Shown piece after piece: positions 51,001 to 60,456 of a stretch of DNA of 64,000 bases. A program made the translations under genes and the position numbers. The first letter of the stretch is position 1. Each line of letters opens with the position of its first letter. Source of the stretch: an uncultured Armatimonadia bacterium (GTDB taxonomy: Bacteria; Armatimonadota; Zipacnadia; CAVVLO01); contig CAVVLO010000002.1 of assembly GCA_963749155.1 (NCBI GenBank), forward strand, positions 352,001 through 416,000, written 5' to 3'. The notes beneath the pieces are model-generated. The model saw nothing but the letters and a program-made list of their open reading frames with translations. It searched no databases and was not told where the DNA came from.

Positions 51001-52950
51001 CTGCACTGTTGTGCCACTGGCAAGCCCCTGCAGTGCCTTGTTTTCGCCCCGGGAACCAAGCCACACATCAGAGAAATCAGTGACTCCGAGAGCCCCAAGG
51101 GTTGTCGTAACAGCTAGATCAGCTCGCTCGGAAAAAATGGTTGAAATATTCCAGGTTTCTTCTTCGGCGCCAAAGAGCCGCCTGGCAATCCCGTCTGAAT
51201 AATCTGAATCGGAAATCGCCAGTTCTGCGCCACCCTGGCTGGTCTCGAGCCTGAGCCGCCCCCCCACAATCCGCGCGTTTGCGAAGGTCGTCTGGTCTCG
51301 GAAGGCTTCTATCAGGTCGCCAACCGTGGGGACGGGACAGGATGATAAATCAAGCGTAATGCTCTGGCTGCCTGTCGCCACAGTAAAGCCTGTTGTGCTT
51401 GTAATACCAAGCGAAGTTAGCGTGGTAGCTGTGGTCAGGCCTTCTCTGAGACTGACAAGGTTTCCCCGGCTTCCTGCTTCGGCGGGTGTAACGTAGAGAC
51501 TACTCGAGTCGCGCCAGGTGCTAACTGCCTCTGACAAACCAAATATCTGGCTTGCCAGGGTACCTGAAAAGCCCGAATCAGTGATTGAGAAATCGACTCC
51601 GCCGTCGGCACTGTATAGGGCAACTCGCCCATCGATAAGCTGCGCCGAGAAACTTCCTGTTGCCTCGATGGCTTCGAGCAGGTCTCCAACTGTGTCGGAA
51701 GTAGCCAGCTCCAAAGTCCAGGCTTTGCCTTCTTTGAGTGCAAGGGTGAAACCGGAGGAGTCAGTCACCCCCAGAGAAGCCAGCGAGCGACCGGATTGAA
51801 GGCCAGAGATCTGTCCAAGTATTGCGGCTCCGCTACGCGCTCCGACCACCTCACAGTCGTCACGCGTTGGGCCAGCAGTGGACAAGGGCCCTTGAAGGCC
51901 CAGAGCGCATGCGGCAACTCCCTGGCTATATTCCGTATCGAGGAGTTCAAAATCAATCCCCGGCAACTCGGCGCTCAGTTGCAGTTGGCCCCCAACAAGC
52001 CGCGCACGCAAACCATCAAGGGCTTCCAGCTCGGATACGAGGTCGGCTACAGTCTCGCCAGTACCAACTGTAAGCGCTGTTCTCGTGCCTCCAATCTGGA
52101 CTGCGAAACCTGCTGTCGAACTAATGCCCAGCGAGGCTAAAGTCTGTGCCTCCTCGAGGATTAACCTGCCTCTAACGGCAGCCGTACTCGTTGTGGCTTC
52201 TGTCAGCCCAAAAAGGGCTGATGCGACAGAACCTGCATACTGCCCTGCGCTTGCCACGATGTCACGATTGCCCTGTGCTGATTCGAGCAGCAGGCTTCCC
52301 CCGCGCAACTCACATCCAACCCCGATGGAGCTGGCCTGTTTGTTCACTGCAAGCACGAAGTCAGAGAGCTTCATTGAGGTAGAGAGTCCGGTCAGAGTGA
52401 CCTGTCCTGCTGTGGTCTGGACACTGAAACCTGTAGCATCGGTAACTCCGAGTTCAGCCAGTGTTGCTTCTGCCCGCAGTCCTGTCACCCGCCCGAGGAT
52501 TGTGCCTCCCCGGCCACTTGTAGCGCTCAGGTCATACGCGCCTTCCTTCTCAGAGACACCTTCCACCGAAGCAAGCCCCAGAGTATTGGGCTGATCAGTC
52601 CGAAGGAAAGCCGCGGCTGCGTTGCTCTCAACCCTGGCTGCTCGCGCAAGGCTACTGACGTTGATTTGCCAGGAGCCCCGAGTTGCTGTACTGGACGCCG
52701 TGCATCCAACCAGAGCAGGCGCCGAACTCTCTGCCTGGCGTGCCAGCATTACGGAGCTCATGCGCAATTTGGCAGCCGCATCATCAAGCGCATAAAGCCG
52801 CCCACTTAGCCCAGAATAGGTATCTCGGCGGAAGCTCAAGGCAGTCTTCTGGTCTTGGAGGCTCTGCAAACGTTGCTTGCTGGAACCCAGCAAAGCATCA
52901 ATCAAGCTTTGAGTATCAAGTCCCGATATAAGTCCCGAGATTCCATTCAT
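48010..52950 (-). CDS. fliD: Giant filament cap FliD (1646 aa) with repeated internal domains
   Basis: N-terminal ISGLISGLDTQSLI, C-terminal FNAMESALSRLQTQSNYL; located between flaG and fliS. Confidence 0.9.
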   Translation of the reverse strand: MNGISGLISGLDTQSLIDALLGSSKQRLQSLQDQKTALSFRRDTYSGLSGRLYALDDAAAKLRMSSVMLARQAESSAPALVGCTASSTATRGSWQINVSSLARAARVESNAAAAFLRTDQPNTLGLASVEGVSEKEGAYDLSATSGRGGTILGRVTGLRAEATLAELGVTDATGFSVQTTAGQVTLTGLSTSMKLSDFVLAVNKQASSIGVGCELRGGSLLLESAQGNRDIVASAGQYAGSVASALFGLTEATTSTAAVRGRLILEEAQTLASLGISSTAGFAVQIGGTRTALTVGTGETVADLVSELEALDGLRARLVGGQLQLSAELPGIDFELLDTEYSQGVAACALGLQGPLSTAGPTRDDCEVVGARSGAAILGQISGLQSGRSLASLGVTDSSGFTLALKEGKAWTLELATSDTVGDLLEAIEATGSFSAQLIDGRVALYSADGGVDFSITDSGFSGTLASQIFGLSEAVSTWRDSSSLYVTPAEAGSRGNLVSLREGLTTATTLTSLGITSTTGFTVATGSQSITLDLSSCPVPTVGDLIEAFRDQTTFANARIVGGRLRLETSQGGAELAISDSDYSDGIARRLFGAEEETWNISTIFSERADLAVTTTLGALGVTDFSDVWLGSRGENKALQGLASGTTVQQLIDALDALDMGLEAKLLDVDGDGTGQFVIRSTRVHEQFVLGEGETGGLGEALFGTKAQLNTGLAGAEWSSVAGASTGACVLGAPDLTEATTLGSLGITSFAGFHVVVKGADYNLEGLGSASTVADLITQLNALPGVSAGLVQGHLKIGSSDPRAALSLTDTNYDTGLAAKLLGLTSATSTANSAEGNTLLASASTGAVTLAALFTTGADKGALAGVDALAEGESSRHLLAGVTLTGRGADGLFTVGKASLITTAELNGSVPSGARIYGAVAGSTEGYSATTAAAGNSSTQTDWEGAVSAGAEAGVYELIYDDAGNWAVFNAEGERQGEWVASGERFVSWLDSSLAGSSFVHLATAPAEGDSWGFQVKLDAHLALPYLGLASPASEASNGFFTINNKRIYIEDYQQESLASVIAKINSAGAEVAAAYNPATNSIELVGEPGTEITLGSTKDTSNMLAVFGLTQSAGATSIPAITSTGLDLSKSLSLSGMTLAITAGTFTLGGVTLYVDPETDTLDDLVQRINSSSAGVHCGYDSNSDSFWLEATGESIADGARLGVGSRYDTSNVLQALRLVGEMPQSPTSVGAAASWAVYEMNGVEYRAATNTVTEAIPGLTLEFKGTTTSQVTLTVSDNTEQALDALASFLAAYNSTIDLACPAQLTDEDEEYLAALSDTDRESMTESEIDEYNARHEEIMQREEMRKSSVARRLASDLRSVLSGTVAGLEEFPRLKDLGIDFVTWGQDGFAGRGYLVQETTDEDALRTALQANSTLMAALSDNPEAVLSLLSQSGYTGNGHQVIGTRQLEGAGLQLPSGGGALSFRLGDSAQWSNPVTLAAGATYTEDQILQLLDNAGLYVGDEDQATNRIGLAASFVDGRLVLTALNSTGSVYLEDLSQGSNNLERAFGVKVEFATAGLARQIDDVLTEYNSSTGLLRRKLLSGGEFARESDLIESRLESTNDLLEAQTRTLWLKFNAMESALSRLQTQSNYLSQQLASLSG

Positions 52951-52965
52951 TTAGACTTCACACCG

Positions 52966-53352
52966 CTAGACTTGCAAGTCGAATAATAGTCCTGTTAGCT
53001 CTTTGAACTTCCGCAGCCTGTTGATCACATCATCAGCAGGTATCTCGCGCACCAGCTTGCCGGTATTGCGATCAACGACTCTCACCTGAATTACGTCGAT
53101 ATCCTCATGAACTTGAAACTCGGCCTGGACGCTCAGGGTGTCCAGCACAGCGTTTATCTTGCGCACCGTATCCTCAATCGCTGCCTGTGAAACTCTGGCT
53201 CGCTCTTCCTTGCGCATGCTGTTTTCAGCTAGCTGGTCCACTTTGGCTGATTGGGCTCTCTCGACTGCCGCTGGAGGTTGTGGCACTCTATCCTGCGCCT
53301 GAGGTGTCGAGTGGGTCTGAGCCTGTATCCCCTGTACTGCGCCATCCTTCAT
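52966..53352 (-). CDS. flaG: FlaG family protein
   Basis: F.VHED....VRVVDRNTGKLVREIP...GLLFD. Confidence 0.92.
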   Translation of the reverse strand: MKDGAVQGIQAQTHSTPQAQDRVPQPPAAVERAQSAKVDQLAENSMRKEERARVSQAAIEDTVRKINAVLDTLSVQAEFQVHEDIDVIQVRVVDRNTGKLVREIPADDVINRLRKFKELTGLLFDLQV

Positions 53353-53370
53353 TGTTATCCACCCCCGCTA

Positions 53371-53400
53371 AGGGGGGAGAGAAGTAGCTCTCTCCCCCCT
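53371..53400 (-). terminator. Stem-loop after flagellin
   Basis: AGGGGGGAGAG...CTCTCCCCCCT inverted repeat; weak U-tract. Confidence 0.65.
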
Positions 53401-53413
53401 CTATATGGGCCAA

Positions 53414-55732
53414 TTACCTCAGCAGTTGGAGTACAGTCTGCGGCAGGGAGTTTGCCTGGGCCAGCATTGCGGTGCCAGCCTGCATCATTACCTGCTGCTT
53501 CGTGAATTCGATCATCTGCTGGGCAACGTCGACGTCGCGGACGCGGCTCTCGGAAGCGCTGAGGTTCTCGCTTGCGACTCCGAGGTTGGCGACCGTGTGG
53601 GTCAGCCTGTTCATGAAGGCGCCAATCTTGGCGCGCTCACCAGAAACACGCGCGAGGGCGTCGTCGATCTGTGAGATGGAGTCACGGGCCCAATCCGAAT
53701 CAACAACGACTACATCGTTGATTCCGAGCGCCTTGGCATCCATCTGGGCGATGCTGCTGGTCATTGTCTGGCCTTCGTTAGCGCCAACCTGCAGCACGGT
53801 GGCATTGTCCTTCACGTGCAGATAGTAGTTCTCGGTTCCAGCAGCCGACGCGAAATCAAAGGCCTTCGTCGTCGAGTTCCAGGAGACACTTGTGTCAGCC
53901 AAAGCCGAAACCTGGACTTCCAGCCCATCAATTACACTACGGAAGCTGTTGTCCGAGGAAGTTTCGCTAGCTACAGCCGCACCAGTGTGAGCATTGGTTA
54001 CAGTCGCCGTCATGGTGTTCTCACTGGCAGCCTGAACCTCGTTCACGCCCAGAGCGGACAGCAATCCTTCATCACCACTAAACGCTATACGGCCACTCTG
54101 ACCTGTCAACGTAGAACGGATGACGATCGTACCCTGCACGGCTTCATCACTGTTGCCAGTAGCCGTGGAGACATAGGAAGTCACCTGGCCATCGACCGCG
54201 GTGCTACCAGAAGCCATACCAAGCCCACCATCAGCTACGCTGCTGGTGACGGCCTGTTCGATCTTGTCGGCAAGGCCCTGTACCGTGTCATTACGGCCGA
54301 TATAGACAGTCGCCTGGTTGCCATTAGCCCACAGAGTGAGCTCCTGGGGTTCGGAGAGCGTGAAGTTTCCGCTCGCGTCATAGAACAAGGCGATATCTTC
54401 GAGGGTGGTGTCGCCGGTAGCGATACCGCCGGTGACTGCTACATCAAACTCGTCGGTACCTGCCTGCAGTACTGTGTCACTGGCCCCAAAAGTCACATCT
54501 ACCGAGCCGGTTACAAACTCGCCGGCAGTATCGATAGAGGTAACGCTCAAGGTCTGTGTGCTGCCTGCCAGATCAGCCAGGCTTGCCTGTATATAGGCGC
54601 CACTCACTACTTCGTCATCGCCGCTAAGCTGCGCGCCTACTCGAGCGCCAACCGTACCGGCCTCGGTATCGACAGTCGTCAGGACAATTTTGTCGCCTGC
54701 TGTCCAGACGTCACCCGCAGCGCCACCCGTGTCGAACAAGGCCAGCGTAGCGCCATTGCCATGGGTAAGAGCTACTGCATCGCCCTCATCCTGATCTGCA
54801 ACAGCAATCGTCTGGTCATACCAGGTATTGCCGCCATCGTTGGACACGCGGAAGCTGATATCATCGGCGCCGACAGTGCCACCCGCGGTTACCTCGATCA
54901 TGACAGTGCCTGTCTGAGTAATGCTTGTTGCATCGAAGCCATAGTTCGATGGAGCTGTGGCGTTCTGGAAGTAGGTGTCTGCAGCGGTTGCCGCATCGGC
55001 GTTCAGAGTCGCGGAGATCGCGAGCTGTGCCTCATCTGTGCCGTTAGTGGACTCGTCCGTAGCGGCAAAGTTTTGGATATTTGAGATGCTGCTCGTGCCC
55101 ATCTCAGTGCCAGAACTCACCAGGTTGCTTCCGTAGTAAGCTGATGCTGTCGAAACCTCGGCGCCACTACGCAAGGAGAAGATATTAGTCTTCTGGACCT
55201 GGTTCTCGCCGGGCGAGTTGCTGATGTTGATCTGGTAGTTGCCTTCAGCAGCTGGGCCACGCACGATGGCTTCGATGTCGCTGCTGCTTGCGCTCCAGGT
55301 TGCCGATGCGCTCCCATCCAGCAGTTTGCGCGTGTTGAACTCGGTCGTGGAGGCGATACGGTCAATCTCCGAAGAAAGCTGGTTGACTTCCTTCTGCAGC
55401 TCGGTCCGATCGCTGGCGGTCAGTGTATCGTTGCTGGCCTGTACGGACAGCTCACGCATACGCTGCAGCATAAGCTGCGTCTCGTTGAGGGCTCCCTCAG
55501 CCGTCTGCAGCATCGAGGAACCATCCTGGGCGTTCATGGAAGCGCGCATCAGACCATTAATCTGGCTGCGGAGTTTTTCCGAGATCGCCAAGCCCGCAGG
55601 ATCATCTCCAGCGGCATTGATTCTTAGTCCAGATGACAGCTTGGCCAGTGAACTCTGGAGACTGCTGTCGATGTTACCGAGTTGCCTTTGCGCCTGAAGC
55701 GCTGCGATGTTCTGATTGATTCGAATAGCCAT
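53414..55732 (-). CDS. fliC: Flagellin (772 aa)
   Basis: [52 protein letters not shown]. Confidence 0.98.
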   Translation of the reverse strand: MAIRINQNIAALQAQRQLGNIDSSLQSSLAKLSSGLRINAAGDDPAGLAISEKLRSQINGLMRASMNAQDGSSMLQTAEGALNETQLMLQRMRELSVQASNDTLTASDRTELQKEVNQLSSEIDRIASTTEFNTRKLLDGSASATWSASSSDIEAIVRGPAAEGNYQINISNSPGENQVQKTNIFSLRSGAEVSTASAYYGSNLVSSGTEMGTSSISNIQNFAATDESTNGTDEAQLAISATLNADAATAADTYFQNATAPSNYGFDATSITQTGTVMIEVTAGGTVGADDISFRVSNDGGNTWYDQTIAVADQDEGDAVALTHGNGATLALFDTGGAAGDVWTAGDKIVLTTVDTEAGTVGARVGAQLSGDDEVVSGAYIQASLADLAGSTQTLSVTSIDTAGEFVTGSVDVTFGASDTVLQAGTDEFDVAVTGGIATGDTTLEDIALFYDASGNFTLSEPQELTLWANGNQATVYIGRNDTVQGLADKIEQAVTSSVADGGLGMASGSTAVDGQVTSYVSTATGNSDEAVQGTIVIRSTLTGQSGRIAFSGDEGLLSALGVNEVQAASENTMTATVTNAHTGAAVASETSSDNSFRSVIDGLEVQVSALADTSVSWNSTTKAFDFASAAGTENYYLHVKDNATVLQVGANEGQTMTSSIAQMDAKALGINDVVVVDSDWARDSISQIDDALARVSGERAKIGAFMNRLTHTVANLGVASENLSASESRVRDVDVAQQMIEFTKQQVMMQAGTAMLAQANSLPQTVLQLLR

Positions 55733-55825
55733 TTGGGCTATCCTCCGTTAGTTGGAACTCGCGCCAGCCTCCTTGCCTGACGCACAGGGGCGATACCTTG
55801 CTGCTTCCACCTCCTTTTCCCTTAT
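55733..55825 (-). promoter_or_regulatory. Flagellin 5' UTR with probable CsrA sites
   Basis: Three ANGGA motifs: one in the loop of GCGUCAG..AAGGA..CUGGCGC and one overlapping the SD (ACGGAGGA). Confidence 0.65.
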
Positions 55826-55839
55826 TTGGCCCCAATAAT

Positions 55840-56142
55840 CTAGATATCGGCAGCTTCTTCCGAAGGCTTTAGGGGATTGAGCGAAATTTTTTCAACTTTT
55901 TTTATTCGTGGCTTCCCCTTTAGCCTTAAGGGAACAGCTTCTACCGCCTTTGGCTTGGTCGTGCCAAGTGATGCCTGGTTTTCTTCTCGTAGCTGCTCAT
56001 ATACTTCCAGCCTGTGTACCGCCACATCTTTGGGCGCAGCGATGCCCAGCCTGACCTTCTCGCCTGACAGAGCCACAACGGTGATGGCTACATCATCGCC
56101 AATCATTATGGTTTCGCCTTCACGCCTTGTGAGCACAAGCAA
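55840..56142 (-). CDS. csrA: Carbon storage regulator CsrA
   Basis: MLVLTRREGETIMIGDD...VRLGIAAP..V.VHRLE; TTG start with SD GGAGGTG; C-terminal extension. Confidence 0.95.
   Translation of the reverse strand: MLVLTRREGETIMIGDDVAITVVALSGEKVRLGIAAPKDVAVHRLEVYEQLREENQASLGTTKPKAVEAVPLRLKGKPRIKKVEKISLNPLKPSEEAADI
55844..55871 (-). promoter_or_regulatory. sigma28 promoter of flagellin, inside the csrA 3' end
   Basis: TAAA-N16-GCCGATAT. Confidence 0.9.
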
Positions 56143-56143
56143 G

Positions 56144-56653
56144 CTAGTGCACCTCCACGGCTGAAAGCTGGCTTCCAAGCAGTGCTGCCAGCGGTTCACG
56201 CAATCCATACGGACCTTTCTCCATAAGGATCTGCCGTCCAAGACGCCGATCGATATTGATGACAACCGGCGCTATCAAATTGGCAGTACGTTCCTCAGGA
56301 GGCCTTGCCAGGTTCAGTATGACTAAGACCGCAGCATCTCCTGAATCCACAAGCTCAAGCGCTGCAGAATCTGCCGTGCTTAGCACCACTTCATATTTGG
56401 GCGCCAGCGTCCAAGGTTCTATGCAGGGCAGGGCGATCTCCCCATATTCAACGGATTGAAGCCAGCATATTGGCCGGGTGTTGTGGGGCTCCAGGAGAAT
56501 AAACTGGTGACAGTCTTCCAGCCCAGGCAGCCCCCAGGGAAAGCTGAGCAAGTGCTTTGCCTCAATTTCGAGTGTGCCAAACCGAAGTGTAGTCACTGTC
56601 AGTGGGCACTCGGTGCTGTGGGATTGAGACTCCATTTGGCCCATCACCATCAC
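56144..56653 (-). CDS. fliW: FliW
   Basis: TLRFG, FPWGLPGLE, WLQS, TANLIAPVVIN. Confidence 0.95.
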   Translation of the reverse strand: MMVMGQMESQSHSTECPLTVTTLRFGTLEIEAKHLLSFPWGLPGLEDCHQFILLEPHNTRPICWLQSVEYGEIALPCIEPWTLAPKYEVVLSTADSAALELVDSGDAAVLVILNLARPPEERTANLIAPVVINIDRRLGRQILMEKGPYGLREPLAALLGSQLSAVEVH

Positions 56654-58473
56654 AGATAATCCAGCAGGCTATGGTTAAAGGCCTGGCTGGCAGCCGCAAG
56701 AGCTGCTTCATATGCGTTCTGCGCGAGCTTCAATTGCACTGAGGCTTCGATGATATCGAGATCTTCAGTTTCTGATAAAGCAGATTGCAGGTTCAGCAGA
56801 CCGCTCTCCAGGAAGCCAGCACGATCTGAAAACATCTGATACAGGCCTCCAGTTGATGCGAGACGTGAATCCAGCAAATCCAGGTGACCATCAAGTTGTC
56901 CAGCCAAAGATTCGGTGACAACAGAAGCGGTCTGGTTTACAGAAGCATCACCAATTGTGAGAAGAGCCTTATCAAGTGGCCCCCCCGCAACTGTCTGAGT
57001 CTCGTTAGCAGCCAGGATAAAATTGACAGGCGCATCCCGGCGTCCGCCTGGATGGATAAAGACATCCTCTACTGTTAGCTCTGTGGGTGCAACCGCGATA
57101 GTTACATCCCCTGCAGCCACAGGCCCCAGGAGCTGGAGGTCAAGTCCCAGAGCAGCGAAAGTGTTGTTAGCAAGACTAACCCCACCCAAGTTCAAGGTAT
57201 CAATTGCCGCCTGCTCGGCTGCAGAAAGGTCGCGTCCACCATATATCGCTTGCTCATAACTGACACTACCAGCGACAATTGCGCCTGTAGCATCTAGCGA
57301 GAACTGCAAAGAACCTGCGGATTGCATCTCCAGGTTGGTTGCCCCAGTGACCAGGCTGGTTGAACTGGTGACAGTTGCCGCGCCATAATTGATTGAGGTG
57401 ATACGCAGTTGGTGTTCGCCTGAATAAGCTTCATCAACCTGGCCAGAAGCAGCTTCAATAAAACTGTTGTTGGGAGAAGTAAGGCGGGCTGTGGGGGTGC
57501 TGAAAGGCGCAAGGCCAATCCCATCCCACTCCCACAGCAGATCTCTTGCTTCAAGCAATGTAGAAAAAAGGTTGTGCGCGCTTGTCTGGTCTGCCACAAC
57601 TGCCCCAGATGCATCAAGCAGTCCCAACTCTGCGAGCACATTACTTGTGCCATGTGCTAGCTCCAGGACCCCTGATGACGTAGTGCTTGCCAGAAGGAGT
57701 TTCCCAGCACTTATACTTGCAGCCACATCGCCAGTCGCCAGGTTGATATTCGCTGCCAGAGTCTCAAGCGAGTCGGTAGCTGGATCGAAGTTGATTTCCA
57801 GTCCATTAATGAATAAGGTCCCGGCTGTAGCAGTCGCTAACTCAGTACCCAACACTGCTGCCGGATCGGCAATTGCAGTTGTACCGGTGAACGAGCAAGT
57901 TTGCTCAAAACAGATTTCGGCGCCGTTGAGATTTACTCTGAGCGCGCCTGTGGCTGGATCGAGTAGACGACTTATCGCCGACGAGTTGCCTTGAAACTGC
58001 ACCTGGGTGATATTGCCCTCAGCATCTCTGGTAGCAGTAAAGGGCGGGCGACTTACCTCTGTGCCTCCAAGCAGATAAAGCTCTCCCAGCCTGCTGTTGG
58101 CAGATACCAGCAGGCTCTCGAGTGACTGATTTACCTGGTCGCCCAGAGCATGTCTGCTGCTGGCGCTTGTGGTACTCCCGGCCGCCTCCAGCACTAGAAG
58201 TTTCGCCTCGCCAATAACATCCTGAAGCTCCTGAACAGAGGCCTCACTTGCCTCCAGCCAGGACAGGCCATCGTAAACATTCTCCTGGCATTGTTGTTGC
58301 AGACTTATGGCGTGGCTCAGGCTTAGTGCCGAACTGAAACCGGCGGGATCTTCCGAAGGCCGGGTGAACCGCTGTCCAGAGGCGATCCTGTTCTCCCATA
58401 AACTGACTCTGTCAAGATTGCGATTTATATTGAGCAGCAGACTGGCCGCTCTTAAGCCGTCAGGAACTCTCAT
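56650..58473 (-). CDS. flgL: Hook-filament junction FlgL (607 aa)
   Basis: ASGQRFTRPSEDP, YEAAL, SLLDYL. Confidence 0.92.
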   Translation of the reverse strand: MRVPDGLRAASLLLNINRNLDRVSLWENRIASGQRFTRPSEDPAGFSSALSLSHAISLQQQCQENVYDGLSWLEASEASVQELQDVIGEAKLLVLEAAGSTTSASSRHALGDQVNQSLESLLVSANSRLGELYLLGGTEVSRPPFTATRDAEGNITQVQFQGNSSAISRLLDPATGALRVNLNGAEICFEQTCSFTGTTAIADPAAVLGTELATATAGTLFINGLEINFDPATDSLETLAANINLATGDVAASISAGKLLLASTTSSGVLELAHGTSNVLAELGLLDASGAVVADQTSAHNLFSTLLEARDLLWEWDGIGLAPFSTPTARLTSPNNSFIEAASGQVDEAYSGEHQLRITSINYGAATVTSSTSLVTGATNLEMQSAGSLQFSLDATGAIVAGSVSYEQAIYGGRDLSAAEQAAIDTLNLGGVSLANNTFAALGLDLQLLGPVAAGDVTIAVAPTELTVEDVFIHPGGRRDAPVNFILAANETQTVAGGPLDKALLTIGDASVNQTASVVTESLAGQLDGHLDLLDSRLASTGGLYQMFSDRAGFLESGLLNLQSALSETEDLDIIEASVQLKLAQNAYEAALAAASQAFNHSLLDYL

Positions 58474-58484
58474 TTGCAGCCTCC

Positions 58485-59852
58485 TTAGCGACCAACCATT
58501 CCCATGTTATTGATGATGACGTCGAGTATCTGGTCGGCTGCGTTCATCACTCTGGCAGCAGCCTCCAGTGTATGCTGCGCTTGCAGCATTGCCATAACTT
58601 CCTCATCAGTAGAGACTCCGGCGGACGCAGCTCGTTTGGCTGTTGCCTCCTTAAGTGCTGAAGACCTACTCTCGAGACTGCTTTCGGCGTTCTGCTTCAG
58701 GGCGCCCAAGCTTGTCAGATAGCTATTAAGGTAAGCTGAGTATCGCTGCCCAAGTGGACCTGCTTCCTCAGCAAGCAACGATATGTCAAGTGCAATCTGC
58801 CCGTTGCCGGATGAGGCATCGGCGCCTGCTGCAACCTGACTTGCGGTGACTGCCACTTCATACTCATAAGCATTGGTGCCTGAAAAGAACTGCCGGCCGG
58901 TTATGCCATCAAGGCCGTAACCTGTTGAATGCAGAGCATTGGTTCGACTTACCACATCATCAAGCAACTGCGCCAGAGGCGCTCTGCCCTGAGTCTCCAG
59001 CACCTCGCGTTGCTCAAAGAGAACACTGAGTTCGCCACTGGTTGGCTCGAGGAGTGCGCCGTCACTAGCCCAGGCAAGGCCTGTGGGGGGAGAACCTGTT
59101 GTCTCGATTGCATAAGAGTCGAACTGTTGCACCAGCACATGGCCTTTCACTGCCACAAGGACACTGCCATTGTCTTGCTCTCGGTATGAGGCTCCTGTCA
59201 GTTGCACAAGCTGGCGCACAAGCTGATCGCGTTCGTCCATCAGGTCGTTGGGATTTTGGCCAGATCCCTTAACCAGCGCGACATTGCGATTTACCTCGGC
59301 AAGTTGCTCTGCCAGGCCATTTACTCGCGTAACTGTACCGACAATCCGCTCGTTGATGTCAGTCTCAAGCGAGGCCAAATCAGCAAGCGCCTGCTGGAAT
59401 CCTCCAATTGTCCCGCGCGCTGTCGCGAGCAGGGCTTCGCGCACCCCGGTGCTTTCGGGATGGTTGGCCACTTCTTGCCACGCGGTGAAGTAATCATCCA
59501 GTTGGGCAGACAACTCCGCATCAGTTGTAATGCGCTCAATGTGACCAAGTAACTCGTCGCGTACAGAGGCCTCTTCGTAGCGCATCTGGTTCTGGCTAAC
59601 CAAAAACTCCAGGTAGGCATTGGTTTGCCGCTCAATGCTGACAATCTGGGCTCCTGTGCCCATCTGGCCTGGCGATTCGCCTCCGAAAAGGGCAGGTACT
59701 GTGTAAGCAGGCGAAGCCGCAACGGTAACTTCCTGCCGTGAATAATCCTCCCGGCTTGCATTGGCCAGGTTGTGACTTATGGTGTCGAGTTGGGCCTTGG
59801 CGATCTCGACCGTCCGCCAGGCCGTCTCAAGCCCGAAAAAGGTAGAGCGCAT
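58485..59852 (-). CDS. flgK: Hook-associated protein FlgK
   Basis: MRSTFFGLE, HNLANA...YSRQ, NDLMDERD, GVSTDEE. Confidence 0.95.
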   Translation of the reverse strand: MRSTFFGLETAWRTVEIAKAQLDTISHNLANASREDYSRQEVTVAASPAYTVPALFGGESPGQMGTGAQIVSIERQTNAYLEFLVSQNQMRYEEASVRDELLGHIERITTDAELSAQLDDYFTAWQEVANHPESTGVREALLATARGTIGGFQQALADLASLETDINERIVGTVTRVNGLAEQLAEVNRNVALVKGSGQNPNDLMDERDQLVRQLVQLTGASYREQDNGSVLVAVKGHVLVQQFDSYAIETTGSPPTGLAWASDGALLEPTSGELSVLFEQREVLETQGRAPLAQLLDDVVSRTNALHSTGYGLDGITGRQFFSGTNAYEYEVAVTASQVAAGADASSGNGQIALDISLLAEEAGPLGQRYSAYLNSYLTSLGALKQNAESSLESRSSALKEATAKRAASAGVSTDEEVMAMLQAQHTLEAAARVMNAADQILDVIINNMGMVGR

Positions 59853-59865
59853 TTTGGGCCTCCGC

Positions 59866-60348
59866 TTACGCGAATTCCTCACACATCGAGGGCAGCAAGG
59901 GGCGCGCCTTGCCTCTGCCATATGTTGGCTGGGCTGCGCTCATTACTTCAGACAGGAGTTGCACAGCCGCATTGACATCGCTGAGCATGTCATTTATCAG
60001 CCGTATGTTCTCGCCAGAGAGAAGACGCAGTTCGTCCAGCAAATCCTTCAGCCGGTCGCGCCGCTTGCTGAGAAGCAGTCCAGCCTCATCGCCTACCTGC
60101 TCAAGAAGCGCAGAAAAGCGTTCAGCTTCGGTGTAGCCAGGCATATGGCCAAGTAGCTTCGCAAGCTGCTTGTCCTGTCGATTGCTCTCCGCAATGGCCG
60201 AATCCAATTCGGCAATGATGTCACCAAGGGCTCGGAAGTCGCGGTGTTGCAGAGCCTCATATTTGGCTTGACAGGCTGAAAGGGCTCTGGTGAGGCTATG
60301 CTCCTGTGCCTCCAGCAGTTGGGTCGCTTTAGCTTCCAGTGAGATCAT
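59866..60348 (-). CDS. flgN: FlgN chaperone
   Basis: Helical protein with N..LI and a C-terminal TY, directly upstream of flgK. Confidence 0.75.
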   Translation of the reverse strand: MISLEAKATQLLEAQEHSLTRALSACQAKYEALQHRDFRALGDIIAELDSAIAESNRQDKQLAKLLGHMPGYTEAERFSALLEQVGDEAGLLLSKRRDRLKDLLDELRLLSGENIRLINDMLSDVNAAVQLLSEVMSAAQPTYGRGKARPLLPSMCEEFA

Positions 60349-60428
60349 TTTTGTCGCTCCTCTTGCTCACTATGATGAGCACCTGGCTGGAGTCTCATCT
60401 CCAGCTCCTTTGAGCTACCTTGACCTAG

Positions 60429-60456
60429 TTATTGGCAACTCTTGAGCCTGACCTTA
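60429..60456 (-). promoter_or_regulatory. sigma28 promoter upstream of flgN-flgK-flgL-fliW-csrA
   Basis: TAAG-N16-GCCAATAA. Confidence 0.7.

Noticed and set aside
48010..52950. DNA-level tandem repeat or CRISPR-like array in fliD
   Set aside because: Repetition is visible only at the protein level; no identical direct repeats were seen in the window.
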